Positions 14,199 to 23,440 of a stretch of DNA of 64,000 nucleotides are shown one piece after another. The stretch spans positions 1 through 64,000 of the forward strand of contig JAKFBU010000048.1 of the NCBI GenBank assembly GCA_036676985.1. Reading direction: 5' to 3'. Below the pieces are notes generated by a model. The model did not search any database. It was not told the DNA's origin and saw nothing but the letters and a program-made list of their open reading frames with translations. Both the position numbers and the translations under genes were made by a program. How positions within the stretch are numbered: position 1 is the stretch's first letter; every line of letters starts with the position of its first letter. The DNA is from Candidatus Sericytochromatia bacterium. GTDB lineage: Bacteria; Cyanobacteriota; Sericytochromatia; S15B-MN24; UBA4093.

Positions 14199-15008
14199 AT
14201 GGCTCCCGAACGTCACACTATGTCTCCATCCGTCGACATCATCTTGAAGCGGCTCGACGAACTGGGCCTGCGCAAGGTGGAATTCGCGCGTCGGCTCGGC
14301 GTTAGCCCCGAGTACATCTACCGCATTCTCAACGGCAAGGTCGCGTTCCCCGGGATCCGCGAGACCCTGGAGAAGATGGCGGAGATCCTCGAGATCGACC
14401 CGACGCTCTTTCCGGAATACGTCCGTTTCCAGGACGGGTTGTCGCCGTCGGCCAAGCTGGTCTGGGATCGCATGCGGGAGCTCAAGCTCACGCGCGAGGA
14501 CCTCTACCGCAAGATCGAGGGTCGCATCAGCCGTCCCTACTTCTACGGGATTCTCCGGGGGGACCATCCGTTCCCGACCAACCGCGCGTTCATTCAGCTG
14601 TTCGCGACCGCGCTGGGGATGGAGCCCGCCGAGTTCCCGGAGTACAACGTGGCGCGCGAGGCCCGTTGGCGCAGCGACGAGATGAAGGAGCTCGAGCAGC
14701 GGTTCTTGAACCTGCTGTTCGACAAGATGCTCTCGGACCGCGGCTACTCAGACAACCCGATCGAGTTCAACCTGGTCAACCCGGCGATGATGGACCTGTT
14801 CCCCAAGGACAAGGACTACACGCCCGAGATCAAGGAGTTGTTCAAGCGCATGGGCCACTGGGGCCTCGGCATTCCGGAGCTCGCGAAGCTCTCGGCGGTG
14901 CCCGAGCGGACGCTCAGGCTCTTGTTCTTCGGCCAGGTCGCGCCGAAGAGCGTGCAGGACGAGATGGCCCGCATCCGGGCTGCCCTGCAGCTCGATTCCG
15001 TCGTCTAA
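14199..15008 (+). CDS. Transcriptional regulator with three XRE-like HTH modules
   Basis: GLRKVEFARRLGVSPEYIYRILNG; internal repeat ending FPEY twice; third module GIPELAKLSAVPERTLRLLFFG. Confidence 0.75.
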   Translation: MAPERHTMSPSVDIILKRLDELGLRKVEFARRLGVSPEYIYRILNGKVAFPGIRETLEKMAEILEIDPTLFPEYVRFQDGLSPSAKLVWDRMRELKLTREDLYRKIEGRISRPYFYGILRGDHPFPTNRAFIQLFATALGMEPAEFPEYNVAREARWRSDEMKELEQRFLNLLFDKMLSDRGYSDNPIEFNLVNPAMMDLFPKDKDYTPEIKELFKRMGHWGLGIPELAKLSAVPERTLRLLFFGQVAPKSVQDEMARIRAALQLDSVV

Positions 15009-15054
15009 ATCGTCACGCCCGGGCCGCATCGGTCCGGGCGTCGTTCATGCGGCC

Positions 15055-16992
15055 CTAGAGCGATTCGCCCTGCGTCCGGGACAGGCGCTGGGCCGTGCGG
15101 AAGGCCTCCTCGGCCCCGCGGCGATCGCCCATGTCCCCCAAGAGCGCGCTCAGGTTCAGGTACCCCTGCGCGAAGGCCGGGTCCAGGCGCACGGCCTCGC
15201 GGTAGGCCTCCGCCGCCTCCTGCAGGCGCCCCATCTCGTGCAGGGTCGCCCCCAGGTCGTGGTAGGCGATGGGGTCGTGCGGCGCCTGCTGCAAGATCCG
15301 GCGATACTGCTCGACCGCCTCTTTCAGCTTCCCCGAGTCCGCCAGGAGGTGCGCCAGGTCGAAGCGCAGGTCCAGGTCCTGGGGCATCAGCTCCAGCGCG
15401 CGGGTGACCTCCTTGAGCGCTCCCTTGCGATCGCCCCGGATCAAGAGGAGGTTCGCCAGGTTGTGGTAGGCGTTGGCGTTGGCCGGGTCGTGCTGGATGG
15501 CGAGCCGGTACTCCCGCTCGGCCGCTCGCGAGTCGCCCCCGCGCTCCAGCAAGAAGCCCAGGTTGTTGTGCGCGAAGCTGTGCTTGGGATCGGCCCGCAG
15601 CACCTCCGCGTACAGCCGGAGGGCCTCGTCGAACTCGCCCTTCTGCTCCTTGGACCACGCCAGCTCGAAGCGCGCGTCCACGTCCTCGGGGTCCTGCTCC
15701 AGGACCTGCAGGAGCTCGCGGATGGCCTCGTCCCACTCGCCTTGCTGCTCGTAGGCCCAGGCCAGGTGCAGGCGGGCCTCCGTGTCGCCCGGGTCCGAGC
15801 GGAGGGCCGTCTGGAGGGGCGGGATGGCGCCCTCGAAGTCGCGCGTCTCGATGAGCGCCGAGCCGAGGTTGTAGAGGGCGTTCAGGTTGCGCGGGTTGCT
15901 CGCGAGCGACTTGCGGTACTCGGCGATCGCCTCGTCGATGCGCCCCTGCTGGAAGAAGATCCAGCCCAGGTGGTTGTGACCCCACGAGTCGCCCGGCAGC
16001 CGCTTGAGGAGCTCCGAGATCTGGGCCTCGGCCTCGCCGAGCTCGCCCGCCTGCTCCAGGGCCCAGGCCAGGTGGCTGCGCGCGTCGATGTCGCCCGGGT
16101 CGAACTCGAGGGCCCGGCGAAAGAGGCCCACGGCCGCCCGCAGGTCCTCGTCGCCCGCGGCCATCATGCCGAGGAGCCGGTAGGAGGCCGGATGCTCCGG
16201 GAAGATGGCGAGCGCCTCTTTGACCTGACGCTCGGCCTCGTCCAGGTCGCCGCGCAAGAAGGCGCGGTTCGCCTGGAAGGCGATGCTGTCCGCCTCCTCG
16301 CGCTGCTTCTCCTTCTGCTCGACCTGTTGGGCGATCCGGTTCTGGAGCTGGGAGCTCGCCGTCTTGCCCATGCACGAGAGGGACATGGCGAGGTCGTGGT
16401 GCGGCAGCGACCAGTCCGGCTTGGCGTCGATGGCGCGCTGGAAGGCCTGGCAGGCGGCCTCGAAGTCGCCCTTCTCGAAGTGGATGGCCCCCACGCCCTG
16501 CAACGCCATGGCGTTGTCGGGCGCGAGCAGCAGGGCCTGCTTGAAGGCCGCGAGCGCCCCCTCGAGGTTGCCCGCGAAGAAGAGCATGGTTCCGAAGTCC
16601 ACGTGCGCCTGGACGTTCTCCGGGTCGAGCGAGAGGCCCTTCTTCTGGGTCGCGAGGGCCTCGGGCATCTGGCCGAGCTTCTCGAGGGCCCAGGCGAGCC
16701 CGAAGTGCGCGTCGGCGTACTCGGCGTCGGCGGCGATCGCCGCGCGGTACTCGCGCAGGGCGGCGCTCAGGTCGTTCTTTTCCGCCAGCACCTCGCCCAG
16801 GACGTAGTGGGCCTCCGCGTAGGCCGGGTCGCGCTTGAGCGCGAGCCTGAGCGCGAAGGTCGCATCGTGGAGCTGGCCGCGCTCCAGGTACTCGCTGCCG
16901 ATGCGCGTGAGCTCGTCGGGCGTCGAGTCCGGGGTCGGACCGATCAGGGGGCCCTGTCCGGGCATGGAGTGAGTGGGACGCTTCGGTGCCAT
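15055..16992 (-). CDS. Tetratricopeptide-repeat protein
   Basis: Continuous 34-aa TPR pattern (A.Y.LG..L...G...EA...Y..A...DP) along almost the whole length. Confidence 0.92.
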   Translation of the reverse strand: MAPKRPTHSMPGQGPLIGPTPDSTPDELTRIGSEYLERGQLHDATFALRLALKRDPAYAEAHYVLGEVLAEKNDLSAALREYRAAIAADAEYADAHFGLAWALEKLGQMPEALATQKKGLSLDPENVQAHVDFGTMLFFAGNLEGALAAFKQALLLAPDNAMALQGVGAIHFEKGDFEAACQAFQRAIDAKPDWSLPHHDLAMSLSCMGKTASSQLQNRIAQQVEQKEKQREEADSIAFQANRAFLRGDLDEAERQVKEALAIFPEHPASYRLLGMMAAGDEDLRAAVGLFRRALEFDPGDIDARSHLAWALEQAGELGEAEAQISELLKRLPGDSWGHNHLGWIFFQQGRIDEAIAEYRKSLASNPRNLNALYNLGSALIETRDFEGAIPPLQTALRSDPGDTEARLHLAWAYEQQGEWDEAIRELLQVLEQDPEDVDARFELAWSKEQKGEFDEALRLYAEVLRADPKHSFAHNNLGFLLERGGDSRAAEREYRLAIQHDPANANAYHNLANLLLIRGDRKGALKEVTRALELMPQDLDLRFDLAHLLADSGKLKEAVEQYRRILQQAPHDPIAYHDLGATLHEMGRLQEAAEAYREAVRLDPAFAQGYLNLSALLGDMGDRRGAEEAFRTAQRLSRTQGESL

Positions 16993-17093
16993 GAGGACCA
17001 TGATACCAGGTTCCGCCCCGGCTCATGGCAGCGCGGTGCTTCCTCTGGTAACATGGGCGGCCCAAATGCCCTGCCTGCTCGAAAGGAGCCCCC

Positions 17094-17495
17094 ATGCCGG
17101 AATCCATCGATAGCCTGGTGAACAAGCGGACCTGGGCCGTGGTGGGCGCGTCCAACTCCCACCAGAAGTTCGGACGGCGCATCTTCGACCATCTCAAGCG
17201 CCTCGGCTACACCGTCTACGCCGTCAACCCCAACGAGCCGAACGGCCTCGACGACGGGACGCCGACCTACAAGACCGTGCAGGACCTGCCGGTGGTCCCG
17301 GACGTGGTGGACGTCGTCATCCCGCCCCAGTTCGGCCGCCAGATCGTCGACGACTGCGTGGCCAAGGGCGTGACGAGCGTCTGGTTCCAGCCCGGTGCCG
17401 AGAGCCGCGAGGCGGTCGATCACGGCCAGAACCAGGGTTTGACCGTCATCTGGGGCGGTCCCTGCGCGCTGGTCGAGGCCCGGCGCTGGGAGTAG
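17094..17495 (+). CDS. CoA-binding protein (YccU family)
   Basis: WAVVGAS...KFG, VYAVNP, PDVVDVV, VWFQPGAES. Confidence 0.9.
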   Translation: MPESIDSLVNKRTWAVVGASNSHQKFGRRIFDHLKRLGYTVYAVNPNEPNGLDDGTPTYKTVQDLPVVPDVVDVVIPPQFGRQIVDDCVAKGVTSVWFQPGAESREAVDHGQNQGLTVIWGGPCALVEARRWE

Positions 17496-17547
17496 CGCGC
17501 AGAGGCGACCTAACGTTGGGTATAAGAGGGGTCAAAGGAGCCCCGCG

Positions 17548-17724
17548 ATGAAACAAAGGACCGAGCAAGAGCTCGAGCAGCTCGCCCAGAAGCTCATGAT
17601 GACCGGCAGCAAGGTCTGCCCGGACTGCCAGCAGCCCACCCTGAAGGTGGTCTTCGACGCCAACTACCTCAAGGCCAAGTGCGGCAGCTGCGACTTCGCG
17701 TACGAGGACTACTTCGGCGGATAG
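17548..17724 (+). CDS. Small zinc-ribbon protein (58 aa), not in ORF track
   Basis: AAAGGAG RBS; MKQRTEQELEQLAQKLMMTGSKVCPDCQQPTLKVVFDANYLKAKCGSCDFAYEDYFGG; followed by hairpin 17729-17753. Confidence 0.8.
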   Translation: MKQRTEQELEQLAQKLMMTGSKVCPDCQQPTLKVVFDANYLKAKCGSCDFAYEDYFGG

Positions 17725-17728
17725 GCGA

Positions 17729-17753
17729 AAGGCGAGCCGTTACGGCTCGCCTT
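17729..17753. terminator. Bidirectional hairpin
   Basis: AAGGCGAGCCG-TTA-CGGCTCGCCTT. Confidence 0.65.
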
Positions 17754-17775
17754 GATCGCGTGGGGGCTTGGGTCG

Positions 17776-18432
17776 TTACTTGTTGAGCGGCCGGAAGGCG
17801 TCGTTCATGATCGACGACACGGTGCTCTGGACCTTCTTGTAGACCGAGGTCGACTTGAAGAACCGCTCAGCCAGGAAGTAGCCGCCCATGCCGACAAGCG
17901 CCGCGCCGATGGTCAAGGGGCCGCCCGCCACGCCGAGGGCCGTGAGGGCCATGGTGCCGATGCCGCCTGCGATCGCACCCCCGATGCCACCGACCATGCC
18001 GGTGGTGGTGTCCATGACCACCTTGGTGCCGGTGGTGCCCCAGCTCTGCTGGCCGGTCATCGACCGGTAGCCGTTGCTCACCAGGGAGATGGCGCCCTGG
18101 AACAGGGCCGACTTCGTGCCCCAGGTGAGGGCCGACTTGCCGAGCGCCTGGATCCCCGACCACAGGTTGGTGACGTCGAAGCTCTTGAGGGCGTTCCACA
18201 CCCCCTGCACCTGCGGCAGGGTCTCGGCGCCGCCCTTGACGGCGGTGTGGGCGGCGTTGCCCAGGCGGCCCACCATGCTCGCCGAGTCGATCAGCCCGGA
18301 GCGGCCGCTCGGAACGAACCGGTCGAGGACGCTCATCTTGGCCTGGGGCTCGGTGATGGTGCCAGCAGCGGAAACGGTTTGGCGGCGCACGGGCAGCGCA
18401 GCGCTCGTAGCCATCGTCACGGGAGTCGTCAT
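17776..18432 (-). CDS. Hypothetical glycine-zipper membrane-interacting protein
   Basis: AAAGGAGG RBS; GMVGGIGGAIAGGIG..GVAGGPLTIGAALVGMGG hydrophobic GxxxG tract. Confidence 0.75.
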   Translation of the reverse strand: MTTPVTMATSAALPVRRQTVSAAGTITEPQAKMSVLDRFVPSGRSGLIDSASMVGRLGNAAHTAVKGGAETLPQVQGVWNALKSFDVTNLWSGIQALGKSALTWGTKSALFQGAISLVSNGYRSMTGQQSWGTTGTKVVMDTTTGMVGGIGGAIAGGIGTMALTALGVAGGPLTIGAALVGMGGYFLAERFFKSTSVYKKVQSTVSSIMNDAFRPLNK

Positions 18433-18475
18433 GGGGACCTCCTTTCGCCGGGGGGACTTGATCCGGATATGGTCG

Positions 18476-18509
18476 TTAAAATCAAGTTAATTACTTAAGG
18501 GATGGTTAA
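18476..18509. promoter_or_regulatory. Two adjacent TTAA-N7-TTAA sites in a divergent promoter region
   Basis: TTAA-AATCAAG-TTAA (18476-18490) and TTAA-GGGATGG-TTAA (18495-18509). Confidence 0.5.
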
Positions 18510-18639
18510 GTTTCGGCAAAGGTTAGGCTCAGGTCCTCCCGGCGCGGCTCCGGGCGGGGGCACGGAGGGCGCGGGGGCGCACGAACGCGGTGTTAACGCC
18601 CGATAGCAGGAGAGGAATCGCCGCTCCAAGGAGTTCGCC

Positions 18640-19473
18640 ATGCGCCGCATCGCCCCGCCCCTCTTACTCGCCGCCGCGGTACTCGCCGGGTGTTCGCTCT
18701 CGCCGGCGGCCACCGGCCCGGCGCGCAGCGACAGCCAGCTTTCGAGCATCGATTCGAGCCTCAAGAGCCGCAGCCGCGCGCCCAACACGCGCTCCGAGGG
18801 CGGTAGCGCCGGCGCACTCGCGAGCGTCCCGGGCACGAGCGTCACGGTCGGCAAGCCCGAGGCGTATGCCAGCCGCCGCATGACCATCCAGCTCGCCGAC
18901 GGTCCCCTGCGCGTGGATGCCCAGATGCTCGATCCCGCCCGGGTCCCGGGCTACTCGCAGCGCTACCGCAACGACTGCGCCCAGTCGGCCCTCGCGACCA
19001 CGCTGGATTTCCTGGGCGTGACCTTCGACGGCCTGGAGCCCTACGAGGCGGTCTCCCAGGGCATGACGCCCATGGCCTGGGGCACGCGCATGGAGGACGT
19101 GACGGCCTTCGTGAACGGCCTGAAGGTGGTCTCGGCGGAGCCCGTGCGGCAGGCCTCCATCGCCTACATCGAGGGGCTGCTCGCCCAGGGCAAGCCGGTG
19201 CCGGTGGTCCTCAGCCTCTCGGACACGACCATGCACTACGTGGTGGTGATCGGCACGGGCATGAGCGCGGCGAACCAGAAGATCATCCTGTTCAAGGACC
19301 CCGCGAACGCCGATCGCTCGGGGGTGGGGGCGCTCGATGACGAGACCTTCCTCGCGACCTGGGAGAATCGGCCGATCCGGGGATCGTGGTGGAGCTGGTT
19401 CGGGACGTTCGTGACCAACACCAACTCTTCCAACTACGAGCGGCTGGCCTTCGACATCGGGGTCGTGCGCTAG
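18640..19473 (+). CDS. Lipoprotein with C39-like (papain-fold) peptidase domain
   Basis: Lipobox VLAGC; Q...NDCAQSAL (Gln/Cys), G.PV.V, HYVVVIG (His), FKDPA (Asp), F..W. Confidence 0.8.
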   Translation: MRRIAPPLLLAAAVLAGCSLSPAATGPARSDSQLSSIDSSLKSRSRAPNTRSEGGSAGALASVPGTSVTVGKPEAYASRRMTIQLADGPLRVDAQMLDPARVPGYSQRYRNDCAQSALATTLDFLGVTFDGLEPYEAVSQGMTPMAWGTRMEDVTAFVNGLKVVSAEPVRQASIAYIEGLLAQGKPVPVVLSLSDTTMHYVVVIGTGMSAANQKIILFKDPANADRSGVGALDDETFLATWENRPIRGSWWSWFGTFVTNTNSSNYERLAFDIGVVR

Positions 19474-19476
19474 GCG

Positions 19477-19929
19477 ATGGGCGAGAGCTTCAAGACCCGG
19501 CTCATGCGCTGGGGTTTCAACTGGTTTCCGGCTTATCGCGGCACGGGCGCCCGCATCACGTACCTCGCGGAGGACTTCTCGGAGGTCCGCATCCGGCTGC
19601 CGTTGAGCTGGCGTTCGCGCAACTACGTGGGGACCATCTACGGCGGCTCCATGTACGGGGCGGTGGATCCCATCTACATGGTCATGCTGATCCAGCTCCT
19701 GGGCCGGGACTACATCGTCTGGGACAAGAGCGCGAGCATCCGCTTCCTGAAGCCGGGGCGCACGCCGCTCACGGCGCGGTTCGTGCTGTCGCCCGAGGAG
19801 GTGACGGAGATCCGGGAGGCCCTGGAGACGCAGCCTTCGATCGATCGGACCTACGGGGTGGAGCTGGTGGATGCCGAGGGCGTGCCCCACGCGCGGGTCG
19901 AGAAGGTGCTGTACATCCGGAAGAAATAG
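19477..19929 (+). CDS. Hot-dog fold thioesterase-like protein (DUF4442/PaaI type)
   Basis: N.FPAYRGTG.RI, RNYVGTIYGGS.Y.AVDP.Y..ML, VWDKSA.IRF.KPGR. Confidence 0.85.
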   Translation: MGESFKTRLMRWGFNWFPAYRGTGARITYLAEDFSEVRIRLPLSWRSRNYVGTIYGGSMYGAVDPIYMVMLIQLLGRDYIVWDKSASIRFLKPGRTPLTARFVLSPEEVTEIREALETQPSIDRTYGVELVDAEGVPHARVEKVLYIRKK

Positions 19930-19930
19930 G

Positions 19931-19990
19931 GAACCGTTCGCCCCTTCGACAGGCTCAGGACAGGCTTTCGACCGGGCTCAAGACGAACGG
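19931..19990 (+). repeat. 60-bp REP-like element, copy 1 (CTTCGACAGGCTCAGGACAGG family)
   Basis: 54/60 identical to the reverse complement of 42388-42447; closed by a CCGTTCG/CGAACGG stem. Confidence 0.85.
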
Positions 19991-19995
19991 GCTCC

Positions 19996-20910
19996 CTACT
20001 TGGCCACCGGCCGCGCTTCCCAGGCCTGGATGAAGGCCGCACGGTCCTGGTAGGTGTAACGCTTGCGGTCCAGCCAGACCGTGGCCTGCACATCGGGGAT
20101 GACGAGCTCGTCCGGCTCGCGCGTGGCGACGACCACTTCGTGCTGGCCGGGGTAGCGCTCCGCGAACGTGCCGCCATCCACCCACTTGTCCATCAGGGTC
20201 TTCTCGAAGGGAACGTCGGCTTCGAAGACGATCCAGACATCGGGGCCGCCCCATGCGGCCTGGAACTCGATGGCGGTTTTCTCGCTCAGGGACCATGAAG
20301 ACAGGGTGTAGTGGGGCACCCGGAAGGTATCGCTGCGCTCGTCCTTCCACGCCTTGAGGACCGTCTCCGCCATGAAGTCTCCCTTGACGCCCCGGTACAG
20401 ATGGAAGGCCATCGGCACCGGCATGCCCACGCGCTTTCCGAGGCGTTGCCAGCGGGCCTTGCGTGAGCGGTAGAGGGCCGAGACGCGTTGTTCGCGCTCG
20501 TTCTGGGGGGACAGGCCTTGGGCGATGTGCTCCCAGGCGGTCCGCTGGTCTTGTTGATACTGCGAGACCGAGTTGGCCCATTCGTTGGCCGTCGTCCGGC
20601 TTTGGGCCAGCAAAGCAGGGTCTTCGAACAACGGGGCGTAGATCTGGCGGTTCAGCCGTTCGGCGAACGCCTCGGGATTCGTGACGCCCGTGAGCATGCC
20701 GCCCGGAATGATCGTTCCGGCGGAAAGGTCGCAGATCGTCTTGTCAAGGGCTTGGTTGTAGCGCTGGAAGGCGGGGGTCTCGAAGTCGAGGACGTTGCGC
20801 CGGGCGGCGGCTTGTGCTCCGGTGTCGGCCGTCGCGGAGGGAGCGGAGACCGGCGCCGCACCGCAAGCGGCGAGCAACATGGACAGCAGGGCCACCGGCA
20901 GCCAACGCAT
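19996..20910 (-). CDS. Lipoprotein with putative ADP-ribosyltransferase domain (R-S-E clade)
   Basis: Lipobox LLAAC; LYRG ... LSSWS ... A.EF ... FEADVP..K ... GQHEVVV. Confidence 0.65.
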   Translation of the reverse strand: MRWLPVALLSMLLAACGAAPVSAPSATADTGAQAAARRNVLDFETPAFQRYNQALDKTICDLSAGTIIPGGMLTGVTNPEAFAERLNRQIYAPLFEDPALLAQSRTTANEWANSVSQYQQDQRTAWEHIAQGLSPQNEREQRVSALYRSRKARWQRLGKRVGMPVPMAFHLYRGVKGDFMAETVLKAWKDERSDTFRVPHYTLSSWSLSEKTAIEFQAAWGGPDVWIVFEADVPFEKTLMDKWVDGGTFAERYPGQHEVVVATREPDELVIPDVQATVWLDRKRYTYQDRAAFIQAWEARPVAK

Positions 20911-20997
20911 GGGAGTTCCTCCTTCGAGTCGTTAGGAGGCTTATCGGGCGGGCGGTCCGGCATGTGCCTAAGGGGCTGGTAAGATTGCGTTAAGTTT

Positions 20998-21030
20998 GAG
21001 GGCCCCGGACGGATACCGTCCGGGGCCCTC
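20998..21030. terminator. Hairpin downstream of thiolase
   Basis: GAGGGCCCCGGACGG-ATA-CCGTCCGGGGCCCTC. Confidence 0.7.
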
Positions 21031-21042
21031 GACCAGGGAGTC

Positions 21043-22230
21043 TTACTGAGCGCGCTCGACGATCAGGCCCGTGCCCATGCCGCCGCCGATGCAGAGGCTC
21101 GCGAGGCCGTACTTGCCGCCGCGACGCTTGAGCTCGTGCAGCAGGGTGACGACGATGCGGGCGCCGCTAGCGCCAATGGGGTGGCCGAGGGCGATCGCCC
21201 CGCCGTTGACGTTGGTCTTGTCCATGTTGGGCTGGAGCTCGCGGCACACGCCGAGGCTCTGGGCCGCGAAGGCCTCGTTGAGCTCGATGAGGTCCATCTG
21301 ATCGATGGTCAGACCCGCCTTGTCGAGCATCTTGCGCACCGCCGGCACCGGGCCCATGCCCATGATGGCCGGGTCCACGCCGCCCGAGGCGTAGCTGACC
21401 ACGGTCGCGAGCGGAGTGACGCCCAGCTCCTTGGCCTTCTCCTCGCTCATGAGCACCACGGCGGCCGCACCGTCGTTGATGCCCGAGGCGTTGCCCGCCG
21501 TCACCGTGCCGCCGTCCTTCTTGAAGGCGGCCTTGAGCTTGCCGAGACCTTCCTTGGTGGTGTCCAGCTTGGGGTACTCGTCCTGGCTCACGACCTTGGG
21601 CTCACCCTTGCGCTGCGGGATGCTCACCGGGGCGATCTCGTCGGCGAAGCGGTTGGCCTGGATGGCCTCGGCCGCCTTGCGCTGCGACTGGAAGGCGAAC
21701 TCGTCCTGCTCCTCGCGGCCGATGCCGTACTTCTCGGCGATGTTCTCGGCCGTGACGCCCATGTGGTAGTCGTTGACCGCACAGGTCAGGCCGTCCTGGA
21801 TCATGGTGTCCATCAGCTGGGCCGTGCCCATGCGGGTGCCCCAGCGGGCGCCGGGCATGACGTAGGGGGCCTGGCTCATGTTCTCGGTACCGCCCGCGAC
21901 CACGATGTCGGCATCGCCGAGCAGGATAGCCTGCACGCCGAGGCTGATGGACTTGAGGCCCGAGCCGCAGAGCTTGTTGATGGTGGTGGCGGGCACCTCG
22001 GCGGGCAGGCCCGCCTTGAGGGCGGCCTGACGGGCCGGGCCCTGGCCGAGACCGGCCTGGAGCACGTTGCCGAGGATGACCTCGTCGACCTGCTCGGGCT
22101 TCACGTTGGCGGCCTTGAGGGCCTCGCGGATGACGTGCGCGCCCAGCTCGACGGCCGAGATATCCTTGAACGCGCCGCCGAAGGACCCGATGGGGGTCCG
22201 CACGGCACTCGCGATGACGACTTTACGCAT
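21043..22230 (-). CDS. atoB: Acetyl-CoA C-acetyltransferase (thiolase II)
   Basis: [39 protein letters not shown]. Confidence 0.95.
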   Translation of the reverse strand: MRKVVIASAVRTPIGSFGGAFKDISAVELGAHVIREALKAANVKPEQVDEVILGNVLQAGLGQGPARQAALKAGLPAEVPATTINKLCGSGLKSISLGVQAILLGDADIVVAGGTENMSQAPYVMPGARWGTRMGTAQLMDTMIQDGLTCAVNDYHMGVTAENIAEKYGIGREEQDEFAFQSQRKAAEAIQANRFADEIAPVSIPQRKGEPKVVSQDEYPKLDTTKEGLGKLKAAFKKDGGTVTAGNASGINDGAAAVVLMSEEKAKELGVTPLATVVSYASGGVDPAIMGMGPVPAVRKMLDKAGLTIDQMDLIELNEAFAAQSLGVCRELQPNMDKTNVNGGAIALGHPIGASGARIVVTLLHELKRRGGKYGLASLCIGGGMGTGLIVERAQ

Positions 22231-22367
22231 GGTTGTTCCTCTCTTGGCGGCCCGAGGCCGCAACGATGTGGACCGATTCTACCTCCGCCCGTCGACACGG
22301 ATCGAGCGCGGATTGACTTGAAACCGGCGGCGTCCTTCCATGGTCCACGAGAGAAGGGAGGGGCGCC

Positions 22368-22772
22368 ATGAAGCTCGATCTCGCGAGCCTCGTCACCATG
22401 GTGCTGGCCGCGCTGCTCGCCGCCATACCGGTGCTGTTCATGTACAACGACATCCCGGTGGCCTTTTGGAGCGACATCCTCATCGGACTGGCCGTCTTCG
22501 TGCTGGCCCTGGGCCGCAACCTCGGCTGGGGGGCCTGGACGAGCTGGGTCACCTTGTTCCTGGGGCTGTACCTGCTGATCCTGCCGTACGCGGCCGGCTT
22601 CTTCACCTACAGCACCAGCCTGGAGACCATCGGGGCCGTCGCCGCGAGCTTCGTCAACCCGGCCATCGGGCTGGCGATCGCCTGGCTCTCCGCCTGGGAC
22701 CTCTTCGCGGTGGAGAAGCCCGAGGCGGAGGTGGCGGTCTTCACGAGCGCGGAGCCCAGGGACCGCGACTAG
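22368..22772 (+). CDS. Small integral membrane protein, SPW-repeat-like
   Basis: Four hydrophobic segments; W.D.LIG, SWV.L.LGL.L.I.PY pattern. Confidence 0.65.
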   Translation: MKLDLASLVTMVLAALLAAIPVLFMYNDIPVAFWSDILIGLAVFVLALGRNLGWGAWTSWVTLFLGLYLLILPYAAGFFTYSTSLETIGAVAASFVNPAIGLAIAWLSAWDLFAVEKPEAEVAVFTSAEPRDRD

Positions 22773-23428
22773 GCGAAGGTCAGCTCGCGGACGTCGGCGG
22801 CCACCGTGAGGGGCGCGCCGGTCTTGGCGACGACCTCGTCGACCGTCACGCCGGGGGCGACTTCCTTGAGCACGAGGCCCGCGGGCGTCACCTCGATGAC
22901 GGCCAGGTCGCTGACGATCATGTCGACCACGCCCTTGCCCGTCAAAGGCAGGGTGCAGGCCTCGAGGATCTTGGGCTCGCCGTTCTTGCTGACGTGCTCC
23001 ATGGCGACGACCACGCGCTTGGCGCCGGCCACCAGGTCCATGGCCCCACCCATGCCCTTGACCATCTTGCCGGGGATCATCCAGTTGGCGATGTCGCCGT
23101 TGGCGGCCACCTGCAGGGCGCCCAGGATGGTGAGGTCCACCGCGCCGCCGCGGATCATCGCGAAGGAGTCCGCGCTCGAGAAGTAGCTCGAGCCGGGCAG
23201 CTCGGTGATGGTCTGCTTACCGGCGTTGATGAGGTCCGGATCCTCCTCGCCCTCGAAGGGGAAGGGGCCGATGCCGAGCAGGCCGTTCTCGCTCTGGAGG
23301 ATGACGTCCATGCCCGCGGGGATGTAGTTCGCGACCAGCGTCGGGATGCCGATGCCCAGGTTGACGTAGTAGCCGTCCCGGAGCTCCTGGGCCATGCGCT
23401 GGGCGATCTGGAAACGATCGAGTGCCAT
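22769..23428 (-). CDS. scoB: 3-oxoacid CoA-transferase subunit B
   Basis: [24 protein letters not shown]. Confidence 0.95.
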   Translation of the reverse strand: MALDRFQIAQRMAQELRDGYYVNLGIGIPTLVANYIPAGMDVILQSENGLLGIGPFPFEGEEDPDLINAGKQTITELPGSSYFSSADSFAMIRGGAVDLTILGALQVAANGDIANWMIPGKMVKGMGGAMDLVAGAKRVVVAMEHVSKNGEPKILEACTLPLTGKGVVDMIVSDLAVIEVTPAGLVLKEVAPGVTVDEVVAKTGAPLTVAADVRELTFA

Positions 23429-23440
23429 CTTCCGACCTCC

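Noticed and set aside
19996-20910. Bona fide DraT nitrogenase regulator
   Set aside because: Has a lipoprotein signal and QxE instead of ExE; no draG or nif genes in the window
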